From Azolla caroliniana (taxonomy: Eukaryota; Plantae; Polypodiophyta): a stretch of 64,000 nucleotides of DNA. The stretch lies in contig JBHGNT010000022.1 of the NCBI GenBank assembly GCA_043228905.1, positions 3,906,001-3,970,000 of the forward strand. The letters run 5' to 3'. The notes under the pieces were generated by a model. It searched no databases. It was not told the origin of the DNA and saw only the letters and a list, made by a program, of their open reading frames with translations. Each line of letters starts with the position of its first letter. Within the stretch, counting starts at the first letter, position 1. Both the position numbers and the translations under genes were made by a program. Shown piece after piece: positions 1-14,800 of the stretch.

Positions 1-501
1 AATTGCCCAACAACCACGCGAACCCATCACCCAGTTCGTGGTTCGGTTTGTGCAGATCATACGCCGGGCTGACGCCAACATGTCGGAAGACATGAAGTTG
101 TTTTTCTTCTAGCCGCGTATCCGACATGACCTCCGCCGCCGTGTACGTGATCAAGGTCCGACGACACTACACGAAGCCATCCTCACCGCCCAACGCATCG
201 AAGTTGCAGACGTGCACGACATGCACACACCAGGTAATCTCAGTCACGATCATACAAACACTATGCCAGCCGCCACTCCCATGGACGTCAACGTCCAAAA
301 TGCGCAATTACGTGCCAAGCGTGCATTGCCCGAACGAGATAGCCAAGGACCCCCCAAATGTTTCTACTGCAACAACTATGGCCACATTCGGCGTCAATGC
401 CGAAAGTGGCAAAATCACCAACAGAAGCAGAACGTCCAATTAGCCGACGCTGCCTCCCTCTCTGAGCTCCCGGAAAACTAATGCGCGGGGTGCCGCAGGG
501 A

Positions 502-681
502 GAGCCGCCCCCGCACGTCCACGCCTCCACGTCATCAACTTCTTTTGTTTCTCCCACGATCGAGCCGCCCCCGTACGTCCACACCTCCACGTCATCAACT
601 TCTCCCGTTTATACCACGATCAAGCCGACCCCGCATGTCCACGCCTCCACGTCATCAACTTCGCCCGTTTGTACCACAATC
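502..681 (+). repeat. Three tandem 60-bp repeats at the start of pol in element 1
   Basis: Unit approx. gagccgcccccgcacgtccacgcctccacgtcatcaacttctcccgtttataccacgatc, three copies; encodes three PPHVHASTSSTS-like repeats. Confidence 0.9.
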
Positions 682-3600
682 GCCCGCCTCCAACACACGA
701 CCCAAGAAGTTCTCCTCAACTCCGGCAGCAACATCTCTTCCATCAACACAGATTTAGTCACCCAATTACAACTTCCCACGAGCCACACACCGCCCATTAA
801 AATCCTCTTCGGTGACCAACAACAGGTGTACCACTCACTGCGCAAGTCATGTGCATGCTCACCATCAGTTCCGCCCAGATCCAACATCATTTCTACGTCC
901 TCCCGCGCCAGTTGTTCCCAATCACCCTGGGTTGTGATTGGTTCTTCCATAGTTGAGCCTGTCTCGATTTCTCCTCACAACAGTTCATCCTCCCCAATCA
1001 CCTTCCGATCGCGCTCTTCACTACTCCGCAAGATACCACCCACATCAGCAACACACAGTACTTGGTATCACCGACAGAGCGCATCCACGACATCCGACGG
1101 CTCCTAGACACCTTTCCCTCGTAGTCTACACCACCTGCAAAACCTCCCTCGGTCCGTTTTTCGATCCACCACACGATTCCTACAGGCAACGCCCGCCCCA
1201 TCCACGCAGCTCCTCGACGTCGCTCGCCTCTCGACCACGAGCGCATCGACAACGCCATCAAAACTATGCTACAACAAGGGATTATCACACCTTCCAAGAG
1301 CGAGTGGATCTCGGAGCCACACATGGTAAAGAAAGGGGATGGCTCTTACCGTTTTTGTGTCGACTTCCGACAACTAAACCATGTCACCACCCATGACCGA
1401 TATCCTCTCCCTCGTATCGACGACCTCCTTGACCAGCTCGGCAAATCAAAGTACTTCACCTCCCTCGATCTGGCCTCGGGATATTGGCAGATCTCTATGA
1501 ATCCTAAAGATGCCCACAAAACTGCATTCCACACTAAGAAAGGCATTTTTCAGTTCACACGGATGCCCTTCGGCCTATCCGATGCTGGGAGCACATTCCA
1601 GCGAATGGCTAACGCCATCTTCGATGATCTCATCACCCATCGCGTCGTCATCGTCTATTTAGACGATATTCTGATACATACAAGCACTTGGGTGGAACAC
1701 CTTCAAGTCCTTCGGGAGGTTCTCACTTGTGTTCAACGCTATCGATTGCAGCTGCAATGGAAGAAGTGTCGATGGGGTAGTACGCACCTCCGCTTCCTCG
1801 GGTACGTCATCTCCTCCGACGGAGTACAGATGGACCTAGAGAAGACGGAAGCAGTCCAAAAATTCCCATGCCCCACCACAATCAAGCAGCTTCAACGCTT
1901 CCTCGGCCTCCTCACGTTCTCTCTCCGCTTCATCCCACGGCTAGCCGACCTGTCAGCCCGCCCCACTACGCGCGCTCCTGCAAAAAGACAAACCCTTCCT
2001 ATGGACCGAAGCCTGCGAATCCAGCTTCTTGCAGCTCAAGCGAACACTCCAAGCGAAGCCTTTCCATCTACAGACGGATGCCTCCAATGTCGGCCTTGGT
2101 GCAGTTTTGCTCCAATCCGACGACAACGACCAACTACGATTGATTGCCTACATATGTCGGTCACTTACCAAAACCGAACAAAATTACTCGACAACCGAAA
2201 AAGAGTTGCTTGCCATCGTCTGGGCATTCCATCGTTTCCACCCATACCTACACGGATCAAATACATCAGTCGAAACGGACCATCAGCCATTGCTCTCCCT
2301 CATAAAGAAGGCTCATCCACCCGATCGCTTACTCCGTTGGGCTTTGGCACTATAGGATTACACATTCACGTTGCGCTATCGCCGTGGTCCCCAAAACATC
2401 GTCGCCGATGGATTATCCCGCATATCCTTTCAGGCGAACCAGGTCGCCTCTGACACAATCAATTTCCCCATATTCTCGTCCCAAATCGCCAACATGCAAC
2501 AACACGACAAAAAAATCCAAGACATCTGCCACCGCCTACGAGCCGAGCCCACATCATCCCTCACCAAGCAATTCATGATCCAGGATAATGTCCTGCTTTT
2601 TTGCCAAGTAGGCAAGGAACCCGCCTGAGTAACTGCGCCTGTCTTACCTTCGTTTCTTCCACGATCACCCGTTGTCCGGCCACTTGGGTTTTCATAAGGT
2701 GCTAGACAAAATCCGTTGCAAATTCTATTGGCCGGGGCTATGCCACGAGGTCGCCTCCTACATCAAAGCATGCAACTTATGTCAGGCCATCAAATCACCT
2801 AAAGTGGCTCAAGGCCTCTTACATCTGATACAAGTTCAAGCTCCATTTGAAATTGTCGGATGGGACATTATGGGCCCCTTTCCCGAGTCACAAGAAGGGA
2901 ACAAATTCATCCTAGTCATAACCGAGTACTTGACGCGTTGGGCTGAGACGGCCGCTATCCCAGATGCCAAGGCTATGACCATCGCCTCCAAACTATTGGA
3001 CTCCAAATCTTGTCCGATCGAGGACCCCAGTTCAACAACGAGCTCCTACGCCTAGTTTCTACACAATTAGGAATCCAACAAATATTCACGTCACCCTACC
3101 ATCCGCAGAGGAATGGATTGACGGAACGCCTCAATCGAACCTTAAAACAACAAATCTCGGCCTACATCGATCCGCTACACTCGACCTGGGACCGGATCTT
3201 GCCCTTCGTTACGCATGCCTACAACACAATTGTGCAAGCCTCCACCCGCATTAGCCCATTTCGGGCCCTTTACGAAAGGGACCCGCGCTTACCCCTAGAA
3301 GTGGCAGTCCCGCAACCAATCACACGACTCCACTATGACGCAGTGTCCTGGTGGTCCCACCTGCAACAACTCCAACCCCTCCTCCGCAAAATCATCACGA
3401 GCAACCTGCACCAAGCACAACTACGCCAAAAACGACAACATGATGCAAGCCGCGCCAACCATCAATACCACGTCGGCGACAAAGTCCTCGTCTATTTCCC
3501 CATCCGTCATCGCGGCCTCAGCGAGTCGCTCATGCACCGATGGATCGGTCCCTTCGAAGTTCAAAAGCAAATACGCAACACTACATATCTGCTCCGTTGC

Positions 3601-3764
3601 GCCTCCAACAACCGCTCTACCTTTGCCTACCAGTCTCGCATGAAGCCCTTCCATCAGCTACCATTGCCCCCGCCCACGCCCACGCCCACGCCCGTGTCAT
3701 CCCCCCACCTAGAACCGTCGTCCACGCCCCGTCGCGATCCGACCGCACAATAATTTTTTTTTAC

Positions 3765-4031
3765 AAGGGGGAACTGTGGCGGTCACATGGACCACACCCA
3801 AATTAGGCCACCCAAATTAGGCCCCTACCAAGCCCCATAATTAGAAGAGCTAATTGGAGCGGGAGAACACCCTCCACGCTAAGAGTAGTCTATAAAATGT
3901 AACTTAGAACGTAATGGAAAGGGAGCTATTCTTGAGAGCATTTTGAGAGCATTTCACATCTTGAGCATTTCACAATATCATGAACATACAATAAGAGAGT
4001 AATAAATTTATCTTTAGAGAAGTGCATGGCA
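3765..4031 (+). repeat. PPT (aagggggaac, 3765-3774) and 3' LTR (about 3775-4031) of element 1
   Basis: TG start directly after the PPT, TATAAAA near 3891, AATAAA near 4001, and a CA end abutting copia RT sequence. The end could lie as far as 4039. Confidence 0.75.
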
Positions 4032-6120
4032 TACACACAATGATCTCCATTGGTCTTGGTGTGGTTTCGACTCACTGTGAATGAACGGAACTTTTTGGAC
4101 CATTACCTGGGTGCTTGTTTCAAGTTGTAAGACTCTTTTTTCAGCTTACATACAAAATTCTCTTTTCCTTTCTCATCAAAACCCTCTAATTATTCCATGT
4201 ACGTCTCTTCAATAAAGTCTTCATGCAAGAAGGCAGTCTTCACATCAAGCTACTCAATCTCAAGATTTAAACTAATTGCGTTACCTAAAACAACTTGAAT
4301 AGAACTCATTTAAAATCACTATTGGTGATAAATTTTTATCAATATCAATACTCTTATTTGGCAGAAACCCTTCACAACTAAATGAGCCTTATGTTTTACA
4401 AGCTTACCATCATCTTGTTTTAGCTTGAATACCCATTTATTTTTCAAGTTTTTTCTTCCCTTACGAAGTTCCACTAAATCAAATGTATTATTTTTCCTCA
4501 AAGAGTTCATTTCATTATGCATGGATTTTTCCAAATTATTCTTATTCTTATTGTTTAAAACATCATAAAAATTCTCTAGCTCCCCAGCTTCAGAGTTCAA
4601 GACATAATCTAAACTAGGATACGTTATAGATGGTGGTTGTTCTTTATTGGACCTTCGAGTTGATTGATTAACTACCTCTCATAAGGAAGTTTGCTCCCCT
4701 TGCTCAATATCTATTTGTGGTAAAATAGCATCACAATTAGCTTCAACCCTATTATCTATAATTTCTAGCTCATCAACATCCTCATGATCTTCGTCTTGTT
4801 GGGAAGCATCTCCATGTGTAGCATCTTTGGTCGTGGGAACTAGGTTGAAATCAATTAGACCACTATATATTTTGACCCTTTTACATTTTCAATGTTCTCA
4901 ATGGTTTGATCATCAACAAATAATACATCACGACTTCAAATAAGTTTCCTTTCCATTGGGTCATAACATCTGTAACCAAACTCATCTCGGTCATACCTAA
5001 TAAAGATATATTGTTTAGACTTAACATCTAACTAGAACTTTTATCTTTCTTTCTTTTTTTCCATAAAACAACTAGAACTTTCATCTTTAAGTACATGCAC
5101 AAAACATTAACAACTAAATAAATGTTGATGATAATAAGAAACATCCTTACCATACCAAACTCTATGAGGAACTTTGCACTAGAATGCACAATAAGAGATA
5201 TATTAATAACATATGAAACAATACCTCAAGGTCTCACCCCAAAAAGATTTGGACAACTTGACATTTAAGAGCAAACATCTAACTCTCTCCACTAGAGTTC
5301 TATTCATCCTTTCCACCAAGCCATTTAGTTTTGGGGTTTCTAGTGGTGTCTTCTGTTGCTTAATTCGATGCTCTAGATAGAATGCATCAAAGGAGTCACA
5401 ATATTCACCACCATTATTTGGTGGGAATGCATTTTTGTTTCTTTCTTGTCTCTCTTTCAAGAGAAACATGAAATTCTTTAAACACTTTAAATACTTCATT
5501 TAAATAATTTAAACACCTTCATTTTCAATGTTTGAACCTAGAGTTTTCTAGAACGATCATTGATAAAAGTAACAAAGTAGAGTGCACCGCCTATTGACTT
5601 TATCTTTAAAGAACCACACATATCGGAGTGGACCAACTCAAGTACCTCTTCCTTTCTCAAAGAAGAATGATGTTTGAAGGAGACTCTTCTTTGTTTTATT
5701 AAACATGTCTAACCTTGAGAATCAACATCGATCCCATGTTGGTCTCCAAACAAATAGTTCTGGTGCTTACCACCTTTGATAGTTTATCATTTCCCATCTT
5801 CACAACCGCAAAATCACTTGAAGTATAAGAAGTAAAAATCTCCCTTCTAAATGTGACATGGACTGATCCCCACTATCTACAACCCAATTCGTTTCATTGT
5901 AGACAAGATTAATTAGGTTTTCACTATAAACAAAGAGCAAATCATATGAGGAAGTTACATGAACACAATTAGAGTTATCATCACTACCTACCTTTTCATG
6001 CTTACTATTAGATGTATGGAACTCCTTTTTCCATTTGAGGCAATACCTTTTAATATGTTTTTTTTTCCATAAAATTGACATTCCTACTCCTTCCTCGATT
6101 GTTTTGACCTTGACATATAT
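4032..6120 (-). mobile_element. Degenerate Ty1/copia internal region (gag knuckle, PR, IN, RT)
   Basis: Minus-strand motifs in copia order: KKKHIKRYC, NWVVDSG, NGGEY, TPKLNGLVERMNRTLVERVRCLL, KNKWVFKLK, KSLYNLKQAPR, GDHCVY. Many stops. Confidence 0.9.
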
Positions 6121-6158
6121 GCCTCATCCCTCAATTTTCAATTATCAAGACCTCTAGT

Positions 6159-6580
6159 TGTGATGATATCCTTTGTGTCCTTTGTTGATGGGTGGGGGGC
6201 GGAGCCAAGAATGGTTCCATCCCCCTCCCAAGGGGGTTGAACTTAGAGAGAGAGAGAGAGAGAGAGAGAGAACAATGTTGAGAGGCAAAACTTCTACTTT
6301 CATTCATGTCCCCTATGGTGGGGTTATATAGGTACATTACATAAGGGTTACAAATCAAGAACATACAATGAGGTTTGTAGGTTAGTTATATAACCTTCCA
6401 ACAACCTACTCACTTTACATATTTGCACACATCCACATAAATGTGCATGTGTTTAATATATTAATATACTCACCCTTATGTGCACATTTGCATATGACTT
6501 TTAATACAAAGACTTCACTTATCTATCCACATACCAACACTTATACACTCACTCAAACACTTACAATCCCACGGATAACA
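6159..6580 (-). repeat. LTR-like sequence containing a (CT)n microsatellite
   Basis: Minus strand reads TGTTATCC...CATCACA with CTATATAA near 6325 and (GA)n at 6245-6270 on plus. No TSD found. Confidence 0.4.
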
Positions 6581-6699
6581 TCCTTCGTCGTATCTCTTCA
6601 TTTAGAATACTATGATTCACATATTCCATTTGGGGTTGCACAACATGTACATACAACAAAAGCATGATGACGACATTCCCAATGACAACTTCTTAAATG

Positions 6700-7500
6700 T
6701 TTTCTTCCTTTTCAAACTTGGGAATCATTTGTTCTAATTCATAAATGCACAGACCAAATGGACTTAGTGAGAATGAGCATCCTTGCTTGAGAGAGAGATT
6801 TTATTATCGTCTTTGGAGGTCAAATATGACTTGTGAGAGAGAGATAGAGAGACAACAAATAGAATATATTTTTCTCGTCCATGAGGAAGCTAATTTTCAC
6901 CTATGGAACCAAATCAACATATCATCTGAGAAAGGGGGTTACTATTCGCTAGTAAAAACCCCACTAGGGTTTCATTGCACCTTATGTATCTTCACATTTA
7001 GATTATGTCATGTAGCCACCTCAACACCTAACTTGAATGAGTGAGTTCGAAGAAGTGTAAAGGGTCTCCAAGACCCAAGGCTCATTAGGGTAGTGAGATG
7101 AGATTGGATACATTCCGGTATATTTACCTTGTATCAGGCCCAAATATTGGGGGTGAATATTTGCAATCGAGTATTCCAATTTTGAGCTTTAAGCATCTTG
7201 CCACTTCATCCTTAGTGCCTATAGTAATCTATCCTCAATGATCACATAACTCAGAGCATCATTTGAAAGCTCCAATAGATCTTAATCCCCAGCTCTGTCC
7301 TTTGACACTTTGGCTACACTAGGACTACTCTAATGGTCTAGATTGGCGGCATTTTTTAAGTTCACTTGAAAAGAGCTTGAAAAATATCCAAAAGCACTTT
7401 CTAAAGGAGTTTCTTGATATCAAGCTACAAGTGCCATAAAGGTTGTCTTCCATGAGATTGGATCACTTCTTATTGAGATTATGGCCATGGAATTGGTTGT
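6700..7500. mobile_element. Highly degenerate retroelement remnants
   Basis: Weak motif echoes only: WESFV and PNGLSE on plus near 6720-6790; WKTTF-like RT motif on minus near 7430-7490. Confidence 0.3.
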
Positions 7501-8802
7501 TGCATACATTCTAAAGGTTCAAGAAAATACCTCATATCCACTTCCTTGAATCGCATGTCATTGAAGGGAGTACAAATATTCAAAAGACCACAAAAGCAAA
7601 ATGTTGGGTTTCAAATGGGTGTAAGAAATGAAGGCATAATTTGGAAGATTGTATGTGATACATTTGCTTCATGAATGAGTTTTTGTTTTTGCAACACTTC
7701 TATGTCATGGCTTAGGAAAGATATGGAGGCTCATATTTCACAAATCATATTACATATATGTCGCACTAAACTACAAAGCCATCTTTTCTTCAAGTACAAA
7801 AAACACAATAGCCAATACATGTTAGAGCCTATCCCTTTGACCACAACCACATCCTTACTCCACATAACTTGGATCATATTCTCTTTTATGTGGGGTGGGT
7901 AGTGCAAAGCATGTGAGGAGATTTGTTGACTATTCATATTTTGCCTTGAAGAAGTGGGGCTTTGAGTGTCAAATTTTGATACAATCTTTGTCATATTCAA
8001 GTTTGCTTTTACCATATTGTCTATCTTGTCCAATCCCCCTACACATATTCCTCTCACAATCACAATGTGCGCTAAAGAAAAAAACAAAACTACTACACAT
8101 TCGAATTTAATAATTGATTGCATTTCTATATTTTACCCTAAACCCCTCTTTTTTCATTATTTTTACTCTTTTTCCTCTAAAGAATATATTCAATATGCCA
8201 AATAAATTGTAGACACTCTTTTCACCTATGCCCCAACAACTCATCTCATGTCAAAGAGAATGTACGTTGTGTTACATATCATCAATGGTCAACCTGAAGT
8301 TGTACAAACTCTTTAAGCTTTAAGGCATGAGTGCACGTGAGGTCTAACATTGTCATCTACTCTCTTATGTTACAGAAAGTTGTTTTCACATATACAGAAA
8401 GCTGTGAGTGTAAATCTATATGCTTATCTAGTCTATTCCCAATATATCTAAGAAGCAACAGTACAGGTGGGGGACAAACGGATGGGCACCTCGTGTAATA
8501 GAGACTGATTTCAATGTTTGGAGAAGAATAGTTTGTATAGGAGTTAAGGCAACTAAAGGTTTGACCTAGCCTTTCAAGACCTAAAAGATCCTACACCACT
8601 GCAAAAAGAAGTCAAACAATGAAAAGACCCCAATAGTAACACAATACTAAAAAATAATGGGTCAAAGATTCAAACAACAATGTCATTGATTGGCGGCTTT
8701 CACTATATTATACATTAGTAGGTACAAGATTTTTGGCCCCAACTTTTTTGGGGCACGTGTGTCTATACATAACCTGTGTAAAGCCTTCCGTGAGAGGAGG
8801 AA

Positions 8803-11800
8803 TCAGTTCATGTTTCCACCTCGACGACAAACACACTCGTACAAATACTGTAGAAAAGCACTAAGGTCCTCTGCATGAGCTTCTGGCATAAGTTTCAAAG
8901 CTTCTGCGACTCTAGCAAATCCCACATGATGATGATGAGTATCAATCTCCCTATCCATGGATGGTATCCTTGGTGCATCCAAAATCGTTGTTGGTGGATA
9001 TAGAGCCCAATGCATGGCCCATATAGCAAGAGGGCGCATATAAGCCAATGACCTGAAATGTCCATGTGCCGTCCATGCCTCGGGTGTTTGAAACCAATAC
9101 CTTACATATAACAAAAAGGAAAAAATGTAATTTAACCAATGCGGTCATGATTCTCACAAATCTACATCATTTGAAATACATAAATATGGCATTTAACATT
9201 ATCAATGAGTCTCTGATAAAAGTTATATATATCACCTCAATTCCCAGAATTCTTCAGCACTTCAATTTCTAGAATTCGTAACTAGCATATGCTAAAAGCA
9301 TATATAAATATAGGAAGCCCATGTTGTTTTAAATTATCCTGTAAAACCTGATTATGTGATAGACATGCTTCAGAAAGACAGCTAGTGTATCAGGCCAGAG
9401 TTTGTAACTCCTATTACCAAATATCTAAAATGCCAGTGTTGGGACCATTGGAAACTAAAATAGTAACCTTCAGGGATGTACATAAAGCTAGGTTTAATAA
9501 CTGGCCAAAAGAAGATTATCAGCATCTAACTTTTCCATTAGTGAACATCATGTGGCCCTTCAAAGTAAGCCCAGACTCTGAATTGCAATGGATGGCCACA
9601 TTACAAGAAAAAAGAGAAAAAAGGAACCCTCCTGATCTCCAGACTATCATAAAACAATCACAAAATTCTTCATTTATATGGAAGACAAATCAAGACAATT
9701 GAGAGTATATTCTTAACAAGATGACAAACATACCCAAAGCCATCATTAGACCAGCCAGCTCTAAAAACCCCCTCAGCTGTTTTAAATGCCTCATCCAGCA
9801 ATCCCTCATATATCATTGCGGCAGCAACAGCATATGTTGTTCCTGTCCATACTTCACGAGACTGCATGCACGATTCATCAATGCTGCCATCCGGATTCAT
9901 CCCATTAATCGCACCCATTTTTCCACCATTCAACTTCATAACATTGAAGGTAAAAACTTTTTGCAAAGCACTCCTTGCTTTAGAATCATCAAAGAGTGCA
10001 GGCAAACCAGATGCCCATGTATACCATTGACCAGCCATCTGATCTGCTTGAATGGAGGTGCTACTGCCAAGTGTCCCTTCATCATAATTGAAGTATGAAC
10101 CATTCCAAAGCTTTGTCTCATAAACCTTCTTTGCACGAGCAAATTTGGAACGAAAATGTTTTGCAGCGTCATTATCATTAACTACAATAGCTAATGCTGC
10201 TGCTGCCTGAAGAGCGGCAAGCCATAGACCTCCACAGTATGCACTCACACCTGTTACAGACCATGTATCATATGTCTGATCGGGAAATCCATCATTCTCA
10301 ATCATGCAATCCCTGTCTCTATCAAACTGATCCATATATGCCATGGCTGTGTATACAGCCGGCCAAACAGCTTGTGCAAATGACTTATTTCCAGTAGCAA
10401 CATAATCTCTATGCACTTGAAGTACAAATTTGGGGTTCAAATCTTTCCACCTGCTCGTATCATGCAGGTTGTATGCATTTAATTCATTCCACGGATCATG
10501 AAGACCAAGATCATGAGGTACAGCTCCCAAAACTTTCCTGACCCCTGTTTGTCCTTCAGCAAGAAACACAACTTGTTCCTTATTATATGACAAAGTCGCA
10601 GCAGCAAAGTCACGCTGAATACTAAGTTCAAGATCAGGAAAGAGTGAAAGCAGAGCAAATGATGCATAAAAGTGCACGTCATACGTTGACCACATTAGGT
10701 ACTCGAATCCTTCTAAATATAAGAACTGTCCTACATTTTGCTCCCCTTCCTTCAGTAATGAAGTACCATAGGAAATCTTCAAAGTAGCAGCATCGCCTTT
10801 TTTAGCTGATCCATTGGTTGCCATGGCATTTAATATTGAAAAAGAAATCTCTGATGTTAAACTACCATTTGTAGTCCCAGCAGAATTTTCTTCTTTGGCA
10901 GGTTTTCTGACAGTATCTACAAAATCATCTGTCTCAGACTGATCAGAGTAAAAGGATGCTTCAGAATTCTGGTCATCTACAACATCCTTCTCAGTTCCAT
11001 TGATTGGTCCCAAACCATCTGCAAATAGTGAAATAATAGTAAGATAACCATCTAAAACAATGGCTCATGGCCACTGCTTCCAATAGTTCTAGACCTACCT
11101 GTCCATACAGTGCCGCCAGCAACTAAATAATAAAGTTCATTGAGCAAAGTCACTCTATACCTGTATACCAACCATAGAACTCAATAAGTATTGATCCTCT
11201 TGATCAGCAAAGACCTTAATCTATGTAATAGGGAAAAGACAACTACCACTCTGGTAACTTTTCATCATTTAAAATGGGTGATTGCCAATCTTCAATAGCC
11301 TTTTCCCAGTTCTCGTAACCTGATATAAGCCAAAATACCAATTCAGTATGCAATATCTTACATCAGCATTCACAACGAGCATAATGTTTCACCCTCAACA
11401 GGGTGCAGCACAATATGGATAAATCTAACTGCTGAAAGATAGAAATATAGAGAATGGTTCTAAAAGACCATAATGTGCTACTAGACTAAAGATAGATTAC
11501 CATTCAAAATAACAAAAATAAGGGGCTTCTCGCTCTACCTTCCGAAAGCTAAATAGCTTGAACATATGTAAACAGAGTGACGACATCAACCAAGTTTGCT
11601 GCCTGATTACCGAAACAAATTTTACAGCAATATCGGAACCAGATATAATCCAGGTGTAGTAGTGTCATCATAAACCCAAATCTGCATCTGCACATGTGCA
11701 TCTGACAGGTTCACGGGGATTATGACAAACTCCACAACCCAAGGTTCTCAAGAAGAAAGCATGCACTAGACAGTTCTCATTTGAGTATTCACAGGTGGCA

Positions 11801-14800
11801 AGCATGAAGGAAGAAACCAAAAGTTCCCTTTATCAACATAAAAAGCTCAAATGTGGCATCCATTCCTATAGGATCTGTTTTGGGTGGGGCTTGAGACAAG
11901 GAATAGAAAGAAACAATGTGCACAGTGTGCATTGTAGAAAGAGAAGGGATACGATACATAGTGTTAAAAAGCAAAAAAGACACCCAAATTATTTGCTTCG
12001 TTATATATAAAAAATAGAGATTGAAAGTGATTGAAAGAAAGCAGTTTCCTTCAGATTTCCACCCTACTGGAAACAGGGTTGTTACTTTAGGCTACTTTCA
12101 TGCATGGAACTATGTTCAGTTATTGATACAACCTAAAGAAACTGTGCTTAAACTTTTTATTTATAGCCAATAAAACGCTTAATAAAAGAAAAAGAGACAC
12201 ACATACATACACATATAGATAAAGTTCCTCCAGGTTTCCAACATGCTGGAAACAGGGTTGTGACTGTAATCTTCATTCAAGTGCTATGTTCTGCTACTAA
12301 TACAATCTAATGAAATTCTTTATTGAAATTTTGGATTATTTGCCCATAAAATGCTTAATCAAAGAAAAAGAAACATGCATGCAAATATAGATAAAGGTAC
12401 TTCAGGTTTCCAAAATGCTGGAAACAATCTAAAGAAACTCTTAGTTGAAATTTTGGCTAAATCGGCCATAAATTGTTTAGTTAAAGAAAAAGACACATGT
12501 ATACACATATAGATAAATTTCATTCATTGTAAAATAGAATGAAGAGGACACAAACATGTATAGATATATTCTTTCATATTTAATATAGAGAAAATGTCAT
12601 TCATAATCGTAGTTGTATAAGATAAGAGAAATAATCATATAAGAAAGAAAGAAAATGTCAGCAGAATTAATTTTTCATAGATTTTTTAACCGCTGATTAA
12701 AAACCAGGGTTCAATTTTGGTTTCAAACTTGGCAACCCAATGGAGCAGTTTGCATCATTTCTATGCTCTTACTCAAACCCAGCATGCTATGCAGAGAGAA
12801 ACATAATTCAAGTGGCTGTATCTGCAATCTCATCCAAAGCTCATGTCTATGCCCTTAAACAACACGTACAGTGTCCAAAGCTCTCTCCAAAGAAAGATTT
12901 GCCCAGTTATTATCTCACTAGACAAGTCAGCCTCATTGTATGCTTCGAGACATCAATATACACAGCCTCGGGTGGTAGACAATCCAACACACTTCCCACA
13001 ATTATCCGGCCTTGCACGCATAAATTTCTTGTCAGATTTTCAACATGTGCATGTTAAAATGTCACAAATCAATGCCAACGACCTGTATGGTTAACAGCTG
13101 TCACAAATATAGCCTCCAAAGTACTCATCAGTGGGGACAAAATTCTATAGCTGAATCGCACATGGAATTGGAATAAGGAGTCTGCTGTACAGTAAAGTTG
13201 TAATTCATTAGATATTCTGGTGACTTGCCAGAGCTGGAAGAATTCGGAAGTTAACTGTATTCCCTGGAACCCTCTACCTACATCCCATTGAGTTATCTGT
13301 AACTCTTGACACATGATTGATCAAACAACCTAAACGCTTGGCTTTACGTGAATCGGATCATTCAACCAAGCCTCGTAATTGGAAAAATGAGCTCCATGAA
13401 AATACATGCAGTTCAGCCAGATGAAAAAATAATCCATAATTGATTGGAAACGTCACTTCTTTCAAACCATATTTTCATGCAGATGAAAAAATAATACCTA
13501 GTTGATTGGAAACATCACTTCTTTCAAACCATATTTTCATGAAAAAGAAAATACTTGTAAACTGATAATTAGGTACAACAAGCAAAGAAGTCCAATGAGA
13601 CGGCTAACAAAATTAAGCCACAAATCTTCTAAATTGCTTGGCACTCTTGTTCTTCAATCAACTTGATCACTTTCTAACAATAAGGAGCACAAAGAACACT
13701 TGAATAACTCAAAATAAAATTTAACAAAATCCAAAAATAGAACTCAAAAGGCTCGAAAAGTTTTGCATAATGCATAACCTTAAATGGAAATCACAATCAA
13801 AGCCATTATTCTGCTCTTGTTCCAAAGTAATACAATGGCGGAAACATCGTGGAAGGACTCCAAATGCATATCAATTATGCATACCTAGTAAACCTAGAAA
13901 GATATGGCCATGTCATATACAAAGAAAAATGCACATACCACAAATTGCATCACGAACCAGATTCCCTGCAGCATTTCCGTTGGTACCATAGAATTGTGTA
14001 TACCTTCTGTAAAAAGTAAAATTTGATTCCAATGTTTTTGTATGTTGTAGTTTTAGTCACTTCCAATATGCAGAGTATATGCCCCTCTAAGAATAAATTA
14101 TCTAATAAGGAAAGTACAAGATTCTCAATATTTTCTACTGTTTCTCAGCAACAAGAAAAACAAAACAAAAAAGTGTTCCTTGTGTCCAAATTGCTCCCCC
14201 AGCAGGGCATACTCTTGGTCACGTGTGAGAAATATATTCACATCAACCTCGTGGCCAAGTGTGAGAGAAATATATTCACATCATCCTCATGGCCAAGCTT
14301 TCCAACTTTACAAGACTTTGAGGTAACCATCCCATGATGCTAGGACCCTTTTTTCAATCTGGGTAAAAATATCCCCATGTGATACTCAGATTAATAATGT
14401 TGGAAGATTTTCTGATTTTTGTACTCAGAACTACTGTTGCCCCATATCAGTCTCCCCTCCACAGGTAATTAGAAAAGACCCATGGCGATCATTGCCATAA
14501 ATAACCAAAGTCATGAGACCAGAACTTTAACTCAATCAAAGGAATGAAGAGGAAAAGGTGAGAGTAAGAGACATGCCTATGATATGACTTCCCCTTTACG
14601 AATTTCACTTCTGGGCAATCCCATGCCAAGGAAAAAGTAACTGTTCTCTTCTCATGTGCAGGGATCATCACTTTTGCCGCAACCGCAGCACCAATGGAGG
14701 AGCCTTGTGGTGAAGGTGGCAATGGTTTTAGATCCCAATTGGCACGGTTAAAACAACCACACTGTCAAATAACAAGATGGAAAAGAAAGAATTTTATATA

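Larger units (their letters stand above)
1..4031 (+). mobile_element. Ty3/gypsy LTR retrotransposon, decayed, 5' end outside the window (element 1)
   Basis: Domain order is gag (CCHC CFYCNNYGHIRRQC, 212-481), degenerate protease (LLNSGS), RT (YLDD, 1266-~1960), RNase H (TDASNVGLGAVL, 2029-2355), integrase (GHLG..C..C, TSPYHPQRNGLTER, GPF; 2672-3753). PPT and 3' LTR follow. Several frameshifts and stops. Confidence 0.95.

Noticed and set aside
9670-11013. 447-aa ORF as a stand-alone gene
   Set aside because: It is exon 17 of GBA2 plus intron read-through; splice sites are at 11018 and 9734.
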